This document shows positions 25,584 through 40,497 of a stretch of 64,000 bases of DNA, piece by piece; positions within the stretch are counted from its first letter, which is position 1; each line of letters starts with the position of its first letter. The position numbers were made by a program, and so were the translations under genes. The notes under the pieces are model-generated. The model was not told the DNA's origin. It was given only the letters and a program-made list of their open reading frames with translations, and ran no database searches. Source of the stretch: Kudoa neothunni (taxonomy: Eukaryota; Animalia; Cnidaria); NCBI GenBank assembly GCA_964304625.1, contig OZ199839.1:8852221-8916220 (forward strand), given 5' to 3'.

Positions 25584-28500
25584 ATGGCCGAGGAAAAAGC
25601 ACCAATTAAAAAGAAGAATCCAAAAGCCTTCACTTACAGATCAGCACTGCGAGCAAAGAAGGGGCACGCTCGTCGTTTGGACCTTAAAACTCTAAAACAT
25701 CATTTACCTACAGTTAGCAAGTGGGTTATATGAATTTGAAAATAGATATATAAAAAATAATTTTTTTATTATCTAGGGAACAAGAACTACCTCCTCCGAT
25801 GGTTGTTGGAATAGTGGGACCTCCAAAGAGCGGTAAATCTACATTGTTGGCGTCTCTCATCCGACATTACACCAAATCACCAGTCTCTCAGATAAATGGT
25901 CCTATCACAGTGGTGACTGGAAAAAGAAGGCGCCTCACATTTATCGAGTGTAACAACGATATCAATTCGATGGTTGACCTATCGAAGGTGGTGGATTTGG
26001 CATTGTTGGTTATCAGCGCGAAAGACGGTCTACAAATGGAAATATTCGAGTTCTTGTCGATGATACAGGTGGCGGGGTTTCCAAAGGTGATGGGAGTGTT
26101 GACATTTTTGGACCGGTTCAACGAGAACAAATCACTTAAAGTATACAAGAAAAAGATCAAAGATCGCTTCTGGAGTGATGTGTATGCGGGGGCGAAAGTA
26201 TTCTACCTGACCGGTTTTAAGTATTCGTCGTACGGCAAAAGAGAAATAATTAATTTGGCTCGTTTTATTTCACTTGCCAAACCACCTCAGCTCTCATGGA
26301 GAACCTCACATGCCTATCTGATTTGTGATCGTATGGAAGATATAACCGATCCTGAAAAGATCCGTCAATCGAATAACAACTGCGATCGTACCGTGGCCAT
26401 ATACGGTTACGTTCAAGGGACACATTTGAAATCTTCACAAAAAATCCATGTGATGGGAGTTGGTGATTATTCGATTGCGAAAATTGGATATCTACCAGAT
26501 CCATGTCCATTTCCTGATCACACCAAAAATCGTCGACTCGACGTTAAAGAGAAATTGGTGTATGCACCATTCTCCAGCATCAACAACATTCTTTTCGATC
26601 AAGACGCAGTTTATATTGATGTTGGTCAAAGTCAAATGTTTCAAAAGCGTGACTCATCCACAACTGCCAATGACAACGATACAGCACTAGCTGACAACAA
26701 ATACATTAGTGCGATTCTCGATATGAAATATTCGTTGAAAGACAAATTGAAGGCATCCACGTTTGCACTTACAAACGATGTGCTTTTTGAAGATGAGAAC
26801 ACAAGCGACGAGGATGACAACTCACAGCTCGTAGAAACTCAATCTGAAGAAGAATCGGCTGATAATAATCGATCGCAGGTGTCACTGCCATCAATCATTG
26901 ATTCCAAGCGTATACGAGCAACTCATCAATCTCTTACCCTCCATCTCCCACATGTGGTACTGAAACAGTTGATTTACGGTAAACAACAAGATGATCAAGT
27001 AGTGGTGGGAGTAAGCAAGCATGAGAAATTGGTGGGTGACTTGTTTTTTGAGAAAACCAAATCTCCCAAATTTGACAACAGTATCTATGATTGTACAAGA
27101 ACTTCTAACAAATATGACCCACACGCACTAGCTGTTGATCAGCTAATTTCAAGTAAAGTCGATTGGATCAACACTCCCAAACAATTGATCTACAAATATT
27201 TTGTTACTGGTCAATCTGAGAATCTGGAGCGAAATCTTAATAATCTCTCCAACGCTGGTCTATCTACCTCAGTAGGAACGATTGATGGGGATGACGATGT
27301 CGATGTATTCGGAGATTTTGAGGATTTGGAAGAAATGGAAGATTCGGAGCAAGATCCACAATCTTCATCTGAAGAACAAATGTCAAGTGATGATGATGAT
27401 GAGATGATGATGAAAAAGAAACTGGAAAAGAAACAATTATTCGATAGTGCTTACGATTCCAAACAACTTTCCACATCATCGAAATCTAAAACAAAATCTG
27501 ATATAAATGGTGTTATTAAAACTAACGATGAGAAATATACTGAGGAAGAAGAGCGCTATTTGAATGAGTTGAAAAAGGCCGCGTTGGAACAAAAGAATGT
27601 ATAATCTGTTTAATTATAGTAGAATTAGTTGGTTCTTAAATTATCATTTAAAGATGGATGACAACGAATTCAAGCATCTTCCTGAGGAGCAACGTGTGTT
27701 GTATGAGGGCTACCGCCCTGGCATGTATGTTCGTGTGGAAATTGTTGATATGGAGAATGAGTTTGTGACAAACTTCAATCCCAAATACCCGCTGATTATG
27801 GGTGCTATTCTGGCTGGGGAGGATCAGATGGGTTACTTGAATTGTCGAATTAAAAAACACAAATGGTATCGACGTGTGCTGAAAAACAACGATCCGGTGA
27901 TTGTTTCATTGGGCTGGAGACGATTTCAAACCATCGCCTCCTTCTCCATGGAAGATCATAACAAACGCAAACGATACATCAAATACACCCCCGCTCATCT
28001 GCATTGCTATGCAACATGTTATGGACCTTTGACAACGCCTGGTGTGGGTGTATTTGCACTGCAGGTTCCACCTTATGTTCGAAAGGTATTTGTTTTGAAG
28101 AGATTTAGCGTTGAACTGGTTTTAGCGTGAATTTCGAGTCACCGCCACTGGAGTTACAATAGAAGTCGATAAAAGTTTGTCAATTGTGAAAAAGTTGAAG
28201 CTTATCGGTACACCTTGTAAAATATTTAAAAATACCGCTTTTATTAAGGTATTATTTTTCGAGTTTATTTCTTAAAATACATTGGTGGCTTTTCAACATT
28301 AACTTAAAAGCAAGTTAGTTCCGATTGTAGTATTTTTGATAATTAGGCTGTTAATATTATATTTAAGTTAAAATAAATATTTTATAAAAATATACATTTT
28401 TTTAATTTTTAAGCAATATTTTTTGAAAAACGCAATTATAAAAGAAATTCTACAAAAGGATTTATAAAAAGGGTTGTTGGAATCATATTATTATGTTTGC

Positions 28501-31500
28501 GCGTGCGTTTATTTATGTGTGGGATTAAATTCGTAATTTGTCTATTGTGCCCCCACCCCAATTAATCTCCACATGTGTATTGCGCCTGCGCGAATTTTTT
28601 TATCCTCTGCTCTTCTATTTATGAGTTGTAGGTAGATCAATTTTTATAATCCACTAATATTAATTATTTCTGACCAATTTTTGCATTCTTATGAGATAAA
28701 AATAATGAGCTATCGTAAACTTTCGATACTGCTTAATTCGGAATTGCGTAATTCATTAAATTTTAGCACATTTTATGGTAATTTTATGATAATTTTATCT
28801 GGATAAGGAGAAAATAACAATAATAATTAGTGAAGTCAGAAACCCATTTTTGATGTTTTAATTTTATGTATGGTGTAAAATAATTGTATAGTGAGAAAAA
28901 ATAGATATTCTTGCTATTGCGTAAATTAAATTCTTGATTTTAATCCTTTTAGTCTTCATAATGCTTTGCAATAAAACCCGAAAATGACTCGTTCTCAGAG
29001 AAATATTAAAGATAAAATAGAAACAAATAAACGTTATAATTTATAATGTAAAGAATAGTGACTGGCAGGTTTCGAATTTTCGAGTCATAGCTTAAAGGCA
29101 GTGGCACCATCCCGCCCTACTGCTGGCTGCGCCTGTGTTAACTTTGAATACGATCTTTATTAACAATCGTTACACCAAATAGTCAAAAGAACCGAGGGTC
29201 TCCATAAAATTAACGATTTTTTTTATAAGTATTTGTATTTTACGCTTGCTCGCGCATCGATCTTGCGTAATTTCTTCTTGTCGTCAAAAAGTTTAGCAAT
29301 ATCAAGAGTTTACTGTATAATCAATTCTGCGCACTGGGGGTTAAATTTTATAGGACTGATAATAATAAACTAATAAACTCTACATATTAGGGATTAAATT
29401 TTATCGACTGAAACTAATGAACCGTAGTCAATTTTGTACATTTTTTTAATTCGATCAGCCTAAAAATAAGGCGGAGACCATTCTCACTGTAAATTTAAAT
29501 TCCATAATTCATGCGCATGCGTTTTAATTTTTGATTCCAATAACTCTTACTTGCGAGCTGTATATAGGTTTAATTTTTTAGAATCTGCTCTATTTAATTA
29601 TATTTCATGTGCATATGAAGAACTTTTAAGTATTTTTTGAAATATTAATTTTTCTGAAATAAACAATTCAATTTTGATAAATTAATTACTATTTATTCTT
29701 TAATTTTACATTTTGAAAATTTGCGTTTTCGTAATTTTCGTGGAATTTATGACTCTCGCTAATTATTAGATTGCAAAGTTTAAACAAATATCTTATAGGT
29801 TTTTTTCTAATATTAAAATTGCGCCAATAAAAACGTATATCTGAATTGAATGTGAATGTGAGGTTATTTAATAATCATTATTTTATGAGGACGAATTATT
29901 TTTGTGAAATTTCTATTTGACATTAAAATCGACAATAGTTAGATATATCAAACATTGGATAGTTTAAATTTAAGCATTCTGATTGAGTCATTCAACTCAA
30001 ATATTTTTCTAACTGTTATCGTATTTGTGACAATGCAGAAAATCTAAGACTTGATATGTCGCCACCTTTATGATTGTTTTTTTGTTTTTTGTTATTGTAA
30101 TTTGTGTTAGGGAATGTTTTCGGATGGATTGGAAGTGGCTAAATTCGAGGGAGCCAATATCAGCACAGTCAGTGGAATACGTGGTCATGTGAAGAAAGCT
30201 GATAATGTAATTTATTTTATTAACTTTTGGTATTATTCTGTGTGTGTAGTCGAACAACGGAAACTTCAGAGCCACTTTTGAAGATAAAATTCTCATGAGT
30301 GACATTGTGTTTTTGAAAACGTGGGTTCCAGTTGAATTGCCAAAATTCTGCCTACCAGTTAAAACCCTTTTACTTCCTACCAGCAACCGACTCGAATGGG
30401 TTGGCATGAAAACAGTTGGTACATTAAGATTCGAGCAAAACCTACCATATCCCGACAAGATCGATTCCCACTACAAACCTGTAGAACGTGAACCTAAAGC
30501 GTTCGCGCCATTAGTTATCCCCAATAAACTACAGAAAGAACTTCCCTTCAAAACCAAACCTAAAGTTGTGGTTCGGGCTGCCAATCTGCCTTCGGACCCT
30601 ACGATGGTTGGACGTGTGTTGGAACCAGAAGAGAAAAAGGTATGCTTTCAACTGCTGCGCTATCGAGCTAAATAGTTTATATTTTTTACTAAATTAAAGC
30701 TTCACTCCCATAGGACTCATTCTAATGTTCATCATAAATGAAATATTTTAAAAATTGATTGAATTGGCGAAATATCGTTCGATGCTAAAAGCATATTTTT
30801 TTATTTTCAATAAATCTGAATATGTTAATATAAATTTTCCAAAGCTTGTTAAGAAAATGCGATCTCCGCGTATTTTTACATTTTCGAATTTATTTTGGTG
30901 TTAAGTTATCATTATTACAAAATTAATCTTCAACAATATTATTCGGAAATTTTTAGTTTCATTTGGTATAGAACCGCTGAAAATAATAATTGATATCAAA
31001 TTATATATTTGAAAAAATACTTAATAATTTTTCCTTGTCAATTCTAACAATTATTCATTGGTATTTTAAGATTACCAACCTGAAAAATCATAATAATTGA
31101 GTTATTAATTTTCTGAAAAGTTTACATCCGTTCTAGATGTTGTAGTTATTCGGAGTGTTATTAAGCCAGTGTATTGTATCTCCAAAAATATCGAGATTAT
31201 CGTGATTGAATGAATGCCGAAATCTCTTTATATAAAATTCATAGTAGACTTTTCTGTAGTTAAATTTGTTTTGATTCCATATATAATATCTATTATTAGC
31301 CCAATCTTTCATTTTTAATCATTTTCTAAACGCTCATGAAAATATTCATATATACCTCAATATATGTGATAAAAATACATTTAATTATCATAAAATCATC
31401 AATGCAATGAGATTCTGAATAATTGGTAAAACTTATATAATAATCTAACAAGACAGTATAAATTATAAAATCGAGTTAATCATATAAATATATATATATA

Positions 31501-31778
31501 TATATACTTATAATTATTTATCTTTTTATGTATTAGATAACTTTACAAAACTCTCGTCAAATTGTTTTACTGTATTTTTTATCTAGGCAATAACGCTGAT
31601 GAAAGAAATTCTCTTATCCAACAAAGACATCAACGACAAACGAGCATTAAAGAGACGTGCTGACACTTTGGAATACCAGCGAAAGAAAGCTAAGGAGGAG
31701 AGCGAGCGTGCTAAATCGTTAAAAATGAAACGCAAAGATCGATTTCGAAATATAGCGGCGAAAAAATCAAATTTTTAA
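25584..31778 (+). CDS. BMS1: Ribosome biogenesis GTPase BMS1
   Basis: KKNPKAF N-terminus, P-loop [88 protein letters not shown]. Eight exons including long introns ~28249-30110 and ~30640-31586. Stop TAA at 31776-31778. Confidence 0.97.
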
Positions 31779-31832
31779 CAAAACAATTAGCATGTAGATG
31801 AGATGTTTAATAGTGTGTTGTAATATTGTTTT

Positions 31833-34125
31833 CTATGGTGCGTTTTGATATACATCAACTAGGTTGACCTTAGGATTTTTGTAGTTTCTTTTCCTGAATG
31901 AGTTTAAAATGTGGATTATTTTGATTTTGTGAATTCTAACAAATTCGCCGATCAATCTCACCTCTTCCAACACCTTTTTGGGTTGCTTTGGTAATTGTCT
32001 GCAAATCTCGGCGAGAATATGTTGATATTCTATCAAATTCATACGAGACGAGTCAAAGTCACTATGCGTTGTTTGTTTGTAGATAAAATCGGAGGGTGTG
32101 TAGGTGCGATTGTTTTGTAGTTGATGGTGGAATATTCCCACCAACTTTTCGCAGATGTGCACATTTGTAATGTAGCCCATAAGGTAACTTCTATACAAAC
32201 GCAAATAGAGGTCAGGGAACACTGAGATATGCCAATGGGTGGCAAACGAAACCAAAAAATGATATTGTTTGAATTTTTGTGACAACACCAAAATCAGTCC
32301 TATTAGGAGTGGATCGAAGAGATTGTCTTCTAGTTGATGTTTGAGGGTATAAGCCAGCAACGCAGATACCGCATAGTGTAATACATCTTCACTACATTTT
32401 ATCCAACAGAAATGATTTGACGACAACGCGTGAATTCCATTGCCAACATATATGGTATCGATCTGATGGGCTTCTTCTGAAGTCATACACCACAAACTTC
32501 TCACAGCAGGTCCATTAACATAGTCACCGTCCACCAATCGTTCAAAAATATCCGATATTAGTGTGACAAACATTTCAGCGTTGTTCTCCAAAAAATACGT
32601 AGGCAATCTCATCAATCGGGACACAGTACTCTTGTAAATCGACGAGTTTACATCATTTTCGTCAAATGTACCCAGCATGGCCTTGTTCTCAATAAGATTT
32701 TTGTTGGTAATACAATCGGTTTGTAAAAACAGAAGAAACAGTTCCGAATGGTAAGGTTGGCATTCCATCAGAAACGTCACCAGTTGGCGTGTCAAACATA
32801 TATTCCTCACCGATGCACATAATAAATAATCAATCCAATGCAAATACACTTCTGCCATTTGAGAGAGTGGACGCGATTTGGCACCACCAGACATCGCTAA
32901 CAATGATGATGATGATGATGGATCATCACTGTCATTGCTATTGTTAATATTGACATTGGCACTGAGATTAACATTGTTGTTAGAGGTATTGTCTATCCCA
33001 CCCACCCCAAATGATGATTTCACAAAATTCCTTATAAACAAATCATAATTCAGACTGAATATGATATCGTTAGAGTTGGAGCCTACCAAATGGTAGTAGT
33101 TGAAAACATGGTGGAAAAAGCTGAGGAAAAATAGCAACTGATTGGCAGACGCTATAACATCGGTTCCAACCAAAACAGCTGTAAGAGTATCCAAAGTTGG
33201 AACAGCAGACTCCGTTGGTGTTGGTTTGGTAGTAGAAAACATGCCAACAGCTTCATCGGAAACTATTGGCAGATCGAGATTTTTAATGATAAGATGAATA
33301 GATGTCATAAAGGAGTTGTAGTCGGTAAGATATTCTTGGTTTTGACACAATCCCTTCGTGACTATGCCTCTATCGGTGTTGTTCTTGCAAAACAACATAA
33401 ACTTTCTCATTATTGTCGGAACTATGTATCCTCGAAAAATCAACGAAACAGTGTTGATAATGTTTCGCACAAACGAATCCGAATAAAGAAAATTCTCAAT
33501 GTTCTTATCCGAAACTTTGACTTTGTTACGTCGAGCAACCACCACAAACGGTAACATTGTTCCAACCAAATATGGTGCATAGTGGTCGAATAGTTCACGC
33601 TTCTCACAGTTGAACAAAAAACAATCATCAAACTCTTTGAACAATCTGACAGCTATTTGGAGGCGGTGATTGGGACAGAAATCCCAAATAAATATTCTCA
33701 GGTAATAAGCCAACGACTCACGACTCACACACCAGTTGATCGAAACCCATCACAACCCAATCTTTAGGAATGTATTCAGTGTTGATAAATATACTGATCA
33801 GCGCTTTCTGGTGGTGTTCACTGAAGGTAAAACTTAGCTCGTGACACACTGGAAAGTAGTTCTTCACCAATATGTACACTATGTCGTCGATCAAATTCTT
33901 CACTCGATTATCGGTTTTGAATTCAGCCATCAATATCAACAAAAATTGACAGAGCGTCTCTTTATTGCCCTCATCCAACAATGCATAGAAGTAGGTGAGC
34001 ACGGCTTTAAAATTTTGAGGGTTCAACATGTAATCACTCAACATGGACACCATCGTCGAATCTTTATGCTTTTGCAATGGTGAACGTTGTTGGTGATTGC
34101 TTGTGGATTTGGAATTTGAGTTCAT
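31833..34125 (-). CDS. INTS10: Probable Integrator complex subunit 10 (738 aa, 2 exons), highly divergent
   Basis: The two track ORFs join via a phase-1 intron 33653-33728 (GTGAGT...AAATAG). C-terminal segments WIKCSEDVLHYAVSALLAY, DPLLIGLILVLSQ, YITNVHICEKL and FVRIHKIKIIHIL resemble human INTS10 (LLPCTSKAIMPYCLHLMLAC, DDMALGHVIVLLQ, YVTNIDMLEEF, FCINEKILLLQTL) as recalled from memory. Confidence 0.6.
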
Positions 34126-35781
34126 TGAGTCATCAAAATTTACTACAGTCTCACGTTTAGACGGTCAAGTGAACTTATCTACAGAAGAAAAAAGCCAGCG
34201 CAGCTACGAAACACTATATAAACAAACGGGATCTAGATAACGCTGTTTGATAACGACCCACGCCCAACCAACTATATTTTCTCGACAGCCGATCGATATC
34301 GGCCATTCGTTGTTGGTCATTTATTTTCTTTTATTGAAATAATGATCGTGATGAAGTAAATATGTTTGTTGATTGTGAGATTTTGTTATATTTTCAATAA
34401 TTTTTTTTGACGATTCATCCCGAGCAAACACTATCGTATTAAAATATATTCCGGTTTTAATAACGTGTTCCAATTTAAGATGTTACTGAATAGAAAAATA
34501 AGTGGACAGCCACAACACCATTTCAACCAAATTTTTTAGGGGACCTATCGTATTTTTTCTTCGCCTTTTAAACGAGCTTATCATCAAAATTTAATAACTC
34601 TTTTAATGAGACTGTTTGAGAAATTCCTTTTCGAATTGATGGTCTCATACACTACATTTTCGAGTTAATTCAGACTGTTCAAATGTGGTGAAGGGAGTTA
34701 AGGAATGTTAATTATGCTACAGATTTGTGAAGTTATTTTTCCTAATCTTCATAACGAATGTCGGCTCATCAAAGACCCTAAACCGAAAACAACGAACAAA
34801 CTATTAATATTATAAGTCGATAACGGGTATAACGATTTACTTATTTTTTTAAATAAATCCATACAGATCTAAATTTTAATTAATATTGTGCCCTTCTATA
34901 TCGTAGTTTACTTTTGGGGGGTAAGGAGATAATCCATAAAGCACAACGCGATGGATGGTAATGTAAAGTAATCATGTTTATCACTAATTGCGCCTTTAAA
35001 GTATTACCGAGTATTGAAATTCTTGGTATCTAACGTCCAACTAATAACGCTTTAAAGCAGGGGTCTCCAAAGATTTTATTAAAAATGTTAGAGTATATTC
35101 AGCTTTTTGACTGGAACAAATAAAAATATGTGAAAGATATTCTAATAATATTCTAATTCCGATATATAATAAAATGAAAAATTATATTAACCCTCCAAAA
35201 AGCTTGTATTAACGATGTAACATCAAGATATATTAGAAAAATTTATGAAATTTGTAGCTTTACCACAATGAATCTATTTTTCATCATATATCATATTCAA
35301 CTGACCTACCAAGTTAGGTGGCTTGTATATGATTATAGTTACATACTTTTGCACATATATAAACACAACGGCAGATTTTAAGACTAACTTACACATACAT
35401 AGAAAAGTTAATAAGATTATGTTCCTTAGCTTAAAGGCGCTTGAAGAGTTTTTGAAGTGTCTGCAGGGTTTCAAACGACATTTTCAGATTATTGTATTTA
35501 TTTTCGTGGCTTTTGTTTGTAGTTACGATTCAAGTCAATGTTAAAAATTAGATTTAACCTTCTTAGATGATTATAAACTATCGTTATTGTTTTATAAATT
35601 GTTAATTACAATGAGTACTGACGATCATTAATAATATTTAAGAAAAATAAAGCCAGTGTATTTACTAGTTTTTATGAGCTACAAAGTATCTGTACATAAA
35701 CGAACCCCATTTAATTACATAAATAGGGAAGGTGGAGTTCGATTTTAATATAAAAATAAACAACAAATGTCATGGGGTAGA

Positions 35782-35985
35782 TTTTTTTTGTTTACAAGGT
35801 CAAACCCTAGGCGCAACTTGTTAGGTCGTGAAATTCGGGCTGGTTAGGTCTTCTCCATTCACGCTTTAGGCACCACAGCGTCATATTACGGCGACTTACG
35901 TTTATGCGGTAGTGTAGGAATTTAACCCACTAAACATCACTGTTTCGAAGCAACAACTACTCAACCGTACCCTGGACTAACCCAG
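35782..35985 (-). repeat. Possible tRNA-derived SINE remnant
   Basis: Minus strand has A-box-like TAGTCCAGGGTACGG, B-box-like GGGTTAAATTCC, a GC-richer body and a terminal AAACAAAAAAA. Single copy in the window. Confidence 0.35.
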
Positions 35986-36169
35986 AATTAATCTGGGAAA
36001 GTCGTCTAGGAATTTATTTGAAACAAACTTACCTGAAATGTATGTATATTTACCAACAATTATTGTTTCAGATGCGGAGCCGACGTCTGCGTTAGTATCC
36101 TCTTTATTTTATATTAATGTTAATTGATTAGTTAATCGTACGATTTCTAATTATCTGAGATTTCTTTTA

Positions 36170-37317
36170 ACAGTTTTCAATAGTTTTTATCTCTACCATG
36201 TCCCATGCTTCATTCAGCGTATGAAAACAATCCATAATCGAGTATTTGAAGGATGTTGAAGTATCCTTGTCGGACAGAAACTTTCTGGCCAACGATTTGC
36301 GAAGTTTGTCTTCAAACTATGAATGATGTCGAAATCCATTGGTTGGTGGAAACTGGTGATGTTTTTAGGTAGGAACAACAATTCAATGTTATTAAAGTGG
36401 TTCGTTAAATTGGGATTAGACGGGCATTGATCAAGTAGGATAAGGACTTTTGTATTTTCTTGACTGAACTTGTTATCTAAATTTTTTAGGATTTCCAAGA
36501 ATAGAGCCGCGGACATCCAACCATTTTTAGGGACTTTAGTTTACTGGGAAATTTTTGACCCCATTCAAGCAATAGCTAATATTGTTACCCTTTTTCTTGG
36601 ATGTTTTGTTCCTTTTATACCAGATTCGTGCTTGGTGACATACGTTTGCTGAGATAATTGCTCGTAGAAAAGGGCGGCTTCGTCCATATTAATATCTTCC
36701 CGTTTATATTTATCAAGGATATTAGAATTATTGCTCATCCATTCGGGGATAGCACTTCCAGCCTCTCCGCGTAACCTGAAATTCACCAAACAAACCTTGT
36801 CTTGAAATTAGAGAACCAAGCTTTACTGCAATTAAAATCATTAATCTTAAGAACTTCAGCTATTTTCTCAGCCTTTTCTTAAATAATGAATCTAGGAATA
36901 TTATTCTTCTTTTCCCTTTGGAGAACAATCCAGTTGAATAGTAGATTTTCAAGCTCATCAAATTTCCCGTTTTTTATTCTAATACGACGACTATCAGAAA
37001 AATTAGAATCGACGATTTCGCTTTCCTTAGATAACATTCTATCCAACGAATAATAGTCTATGTTTTTTTAATAATGATTAGAAATTAATGCTGATATGAC
37101 ACCTAACCATTTCAACTTCTGTAACACTTGAAAAGACGGAATAGTCGGATTATTTTATGGATATAAAGCCACGCAATAGCAAGACCTTCGATTTTCACCG
37201 ATTTTACACTAAAAAATATATTCTATTAAGCATATAACAAAATTTCAACCAAATAATTGTACAGTGTGATTAAACAAAGACTACGAATTGAAAACCACGC
37301 AAATCGAGACCTTACTG
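36170..37317 (-). mobile_element. Tigger/pogo (TIGD4/6-like) transposon remnant
   Basis: CENP-B-type HTH (FDELENLLFNWI...AWFSNFK), INMDEAALFYE, RKRVTILA, LILLDQCPS, FLPKNITSFHQPMDFDIIHSLK. Terminal CCACGCAAATCGAGACCTTACTG|TA. Frameshifted. Confidence 0.88.
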
Positions 37318-40300
37318 TAGTTAGCTTTTGTATGTATCCCGGCGTTTACTGCATCCTTCCTACTTAATTTCGGATTAGGAATAACGGAACGCCCGGACTA
37401 GGCTTTGAATTCGCAGAAATAATTATTGTTTTTTTGATGTCTTATGAAGTACCTCAGAAATATACGGATGAATAAATTGCCGAGTGTATAAATGTTCATG
37501 AATCACCAATTGGGTGAATTTTAAGACGAAACCAAGATGGTATTTGTTCAGTAAGTAAAAAGATGGTGAAGGTGACCGCAGACAAAAATTTTCAAGAATA
37601 CACAATTGTATTCTCATGTGTTAACGACATGATTTAATGCCCTATGGCTGATTACCTCAGTCGTAACTAGGCCTTCAAAAAAGCAAGGGTTTGGGGATTA
37701 TGCTCTAATTCGAAGAGATTAAGTCAATGTATTAACAGGATTGTGTGATTCGTTCACGATGGATTTTTGTAATCATGTTGGAAGAAATTTTCCTATGAAA
37801 ATTCAGCGGTGCACTATTTTATGGAATAAACTATTTTATTTCTTTAAAAATATCCGCTAAATCACAGTAGTACAGAATCTCTGTACGAAGTTCGGGCGGT
37901 ATCGCATACAAATCGGAAATAAATCTTAAGTCGAGCACATTCGGATTCACGGGAATCTCCACGTTGTTGATAAATACATCAAAAAAATTATTATTTCTCT
38001 ATAACTTTAACAAATTCGAAGTCGTTAATTGTTCACTGAATATTTATTTCCGATTTGTATCGGTTAATAATAAATGTGTGAATTGAATGTTCAATCTTGT
38101 GACTTCGTATTTAAAAACAGAACTTCCCCGTTTATTCTATTCAAAATAGGGACGAAGATGTTTCAATTTAACGATGGCATTCCTTAATGTGGTTTTTAGT
38201 TTATAAATTTTTTTTCATAGTTTATTCATGATTAAAAAAATGTTATAACAACATTTGTTCCAAAATTCCAACATGAATATTTTTAATTTATTTTTTTTAT
38301 TTATATCCATTAAATAATTAAAACTAAAAATATAAAATAATTATTTGTTTACTAAAATTAACTTTAAAGTTAAGGAATCGTCACAAATCAAAATATACGA
38401 TTTTTAAGCATTCTAGGTAAAATCAATGGTGGATGTTTGGAGAGTTTAAAACTAATATAATTAATTTACTGAGATGTATTATCTATCAAAAATTTACAAA
38501 GTCATATTGCAGGGCCATATGTGGTATTGATAATGAGAAATATTCTTCATTGGTTAGCAATAGCGTAACAAAGTTATTAAATCTCTGCGTCACACGAAAA
38601 TTTCCACCTCCCAATTAAAAATGGGATAGAAATCTACCCCAGGTTTTTTTGATTAAAATTATTTAAAATATAAAATTATATAACCTCGAATAATTTTAAT
38701 AAATTCTATTGATTAGATTTTGATTAAACCAAGAAACATTATTACTAAGTCAGAGTCTAAAATGCTTAGCGTTTTGCGCCGTACGCTCTTGTCTTATCAT
38801 CAGTAAATCTCTCTTGTTTACTTAAAAATGTTCTATTAATGTAGGAGATTGTGTTGTCCTCGATGTTAGGCTTGTTAAGTGGGTTACATGGTTTCCATAA
38901 TTGGATTGTATTTGTTTATTCATGGCGACATATATCTATACTGAATTTATATATCCACAATTTCGAGATACATCTTATATCGTTTATCTATCTGTACATT
39001 TAAGGTAGATGTGTCCATTTGGATGTGTACTTAAAGACATTCTTTATTTTTGGAACTTTAATATATTTGGCTTGATAAATACACTTTAAAAGTTTTATAG
39101 ATGGAATTTAATATGGCAAAAATATGAAAATTTGCTAAATTAATGAAGAATTGAAAGCGTATGTTGTAATCAGATGGATTCAATCCTTACACACTGAATC
39201 ATTATAACAACTAAATTTTCTGGAAACTTGTGTTAGATCCAAAGAGAGACGCCATTTAAAAGCTACTACTACAGTGATAGAGGACTAAATTAATCTACCC
39301 GTTACTATGCTAATAATGCGCGAAAAATATATTCTATAATTAAATTGGACATAGAATCTAATTATTAACGCGCAATGCAACGTTTTATTTTACAATCAAA
39401 TAATGCTTTTTTAATATCGTCTTGAATGGCGATACAGTTATATTTTGTTCTTTCTTTAACAATGGAAACACCTTACGTAAAAGTATCCATTTTATAGGAT
39501 TTTCTCCCGCTCACATTGAGTTTTAAGTGATTCATAATTTGGTTTATCCAATTTTTTCGCACATTCTAACTTAAAACTATAGTACGCAATCGCAATCGCA
39601 ATCCATATAGGATTAATTTTATTTCCGTTAGTTTTGTATGTTATTAAGCGAATAACTAAATTTTAATCGATCATATTATCTTTTTATACTTTATTTTATC
39701 ACGAAAACAGTGGTACACAACTGATTCTAGCGTTTAAAACCGAATCTAGCAACTTAGAAAGAATTAAATACTACATGAGATTTTTAAAATAATTTATTAT
39801 TCATATTTATTTGTGGCAAAAAATATTTTGGAAGGCGATTTCACTATTCGGGAAACCAAGTTATCGATGAGTCCCCCTGACCAAGATAACTAATGATGTA
39901 ATAATGAGCACATTTTTATGTTTTTTCTCCTCACAACAGAAATTTTTTTAAAGATTCCTAACACTGATAATCCTATACTACCATTAACATTAGAGTTCAA
40001 TTTTTTTGTTCATTTTAAGTGTAACTATGCCATGGTTATCAAAAATATCCTCATACGGGTAATAAACAAAAATTTATGAAAATAACTACGAAAAATAGGC
40101 GACAGATAGATTATTTCGAATTTAATTAATATCTATGTAGAGTACGCTTGAAAAAAAGCGATCATTTTGTTTGAAAAATTATTAGGGGTCACTCGCTCTA
40201 TAACACCCAAAACTAAGGGAAACAAAATTAATCTTCTACTCCTGGCGCATGCACTATTGCTGTGAAAAGAGACACTATCATTTTAGTTGGGATTAATACC

Positions 40301-40497
40301 TCCAGCCTACAAATCACGAAAGCGTTCACTTTGTTTAAGACCGATGAAAATAACCGACGAGATTATTAAATGAAGTAAAAATGTATTGAATGCGCCCAAC
40401 AGTTTTATAACGAGTTGAATACTCGGAGAAAAAAAGACGAAACTGAAATAAATTTAAATTTAGTTAGAATCCCACATTATATTATTGTACAATGATT

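Noticed and set aside
33714-33728. 7-bp tandem duplication (GTGAGTC)x2 as a frameshift splitting the INTS10-like gene
   Set aside because: A canonical in-frame 76-nt intron (33653-33728) explains the junction more simply.
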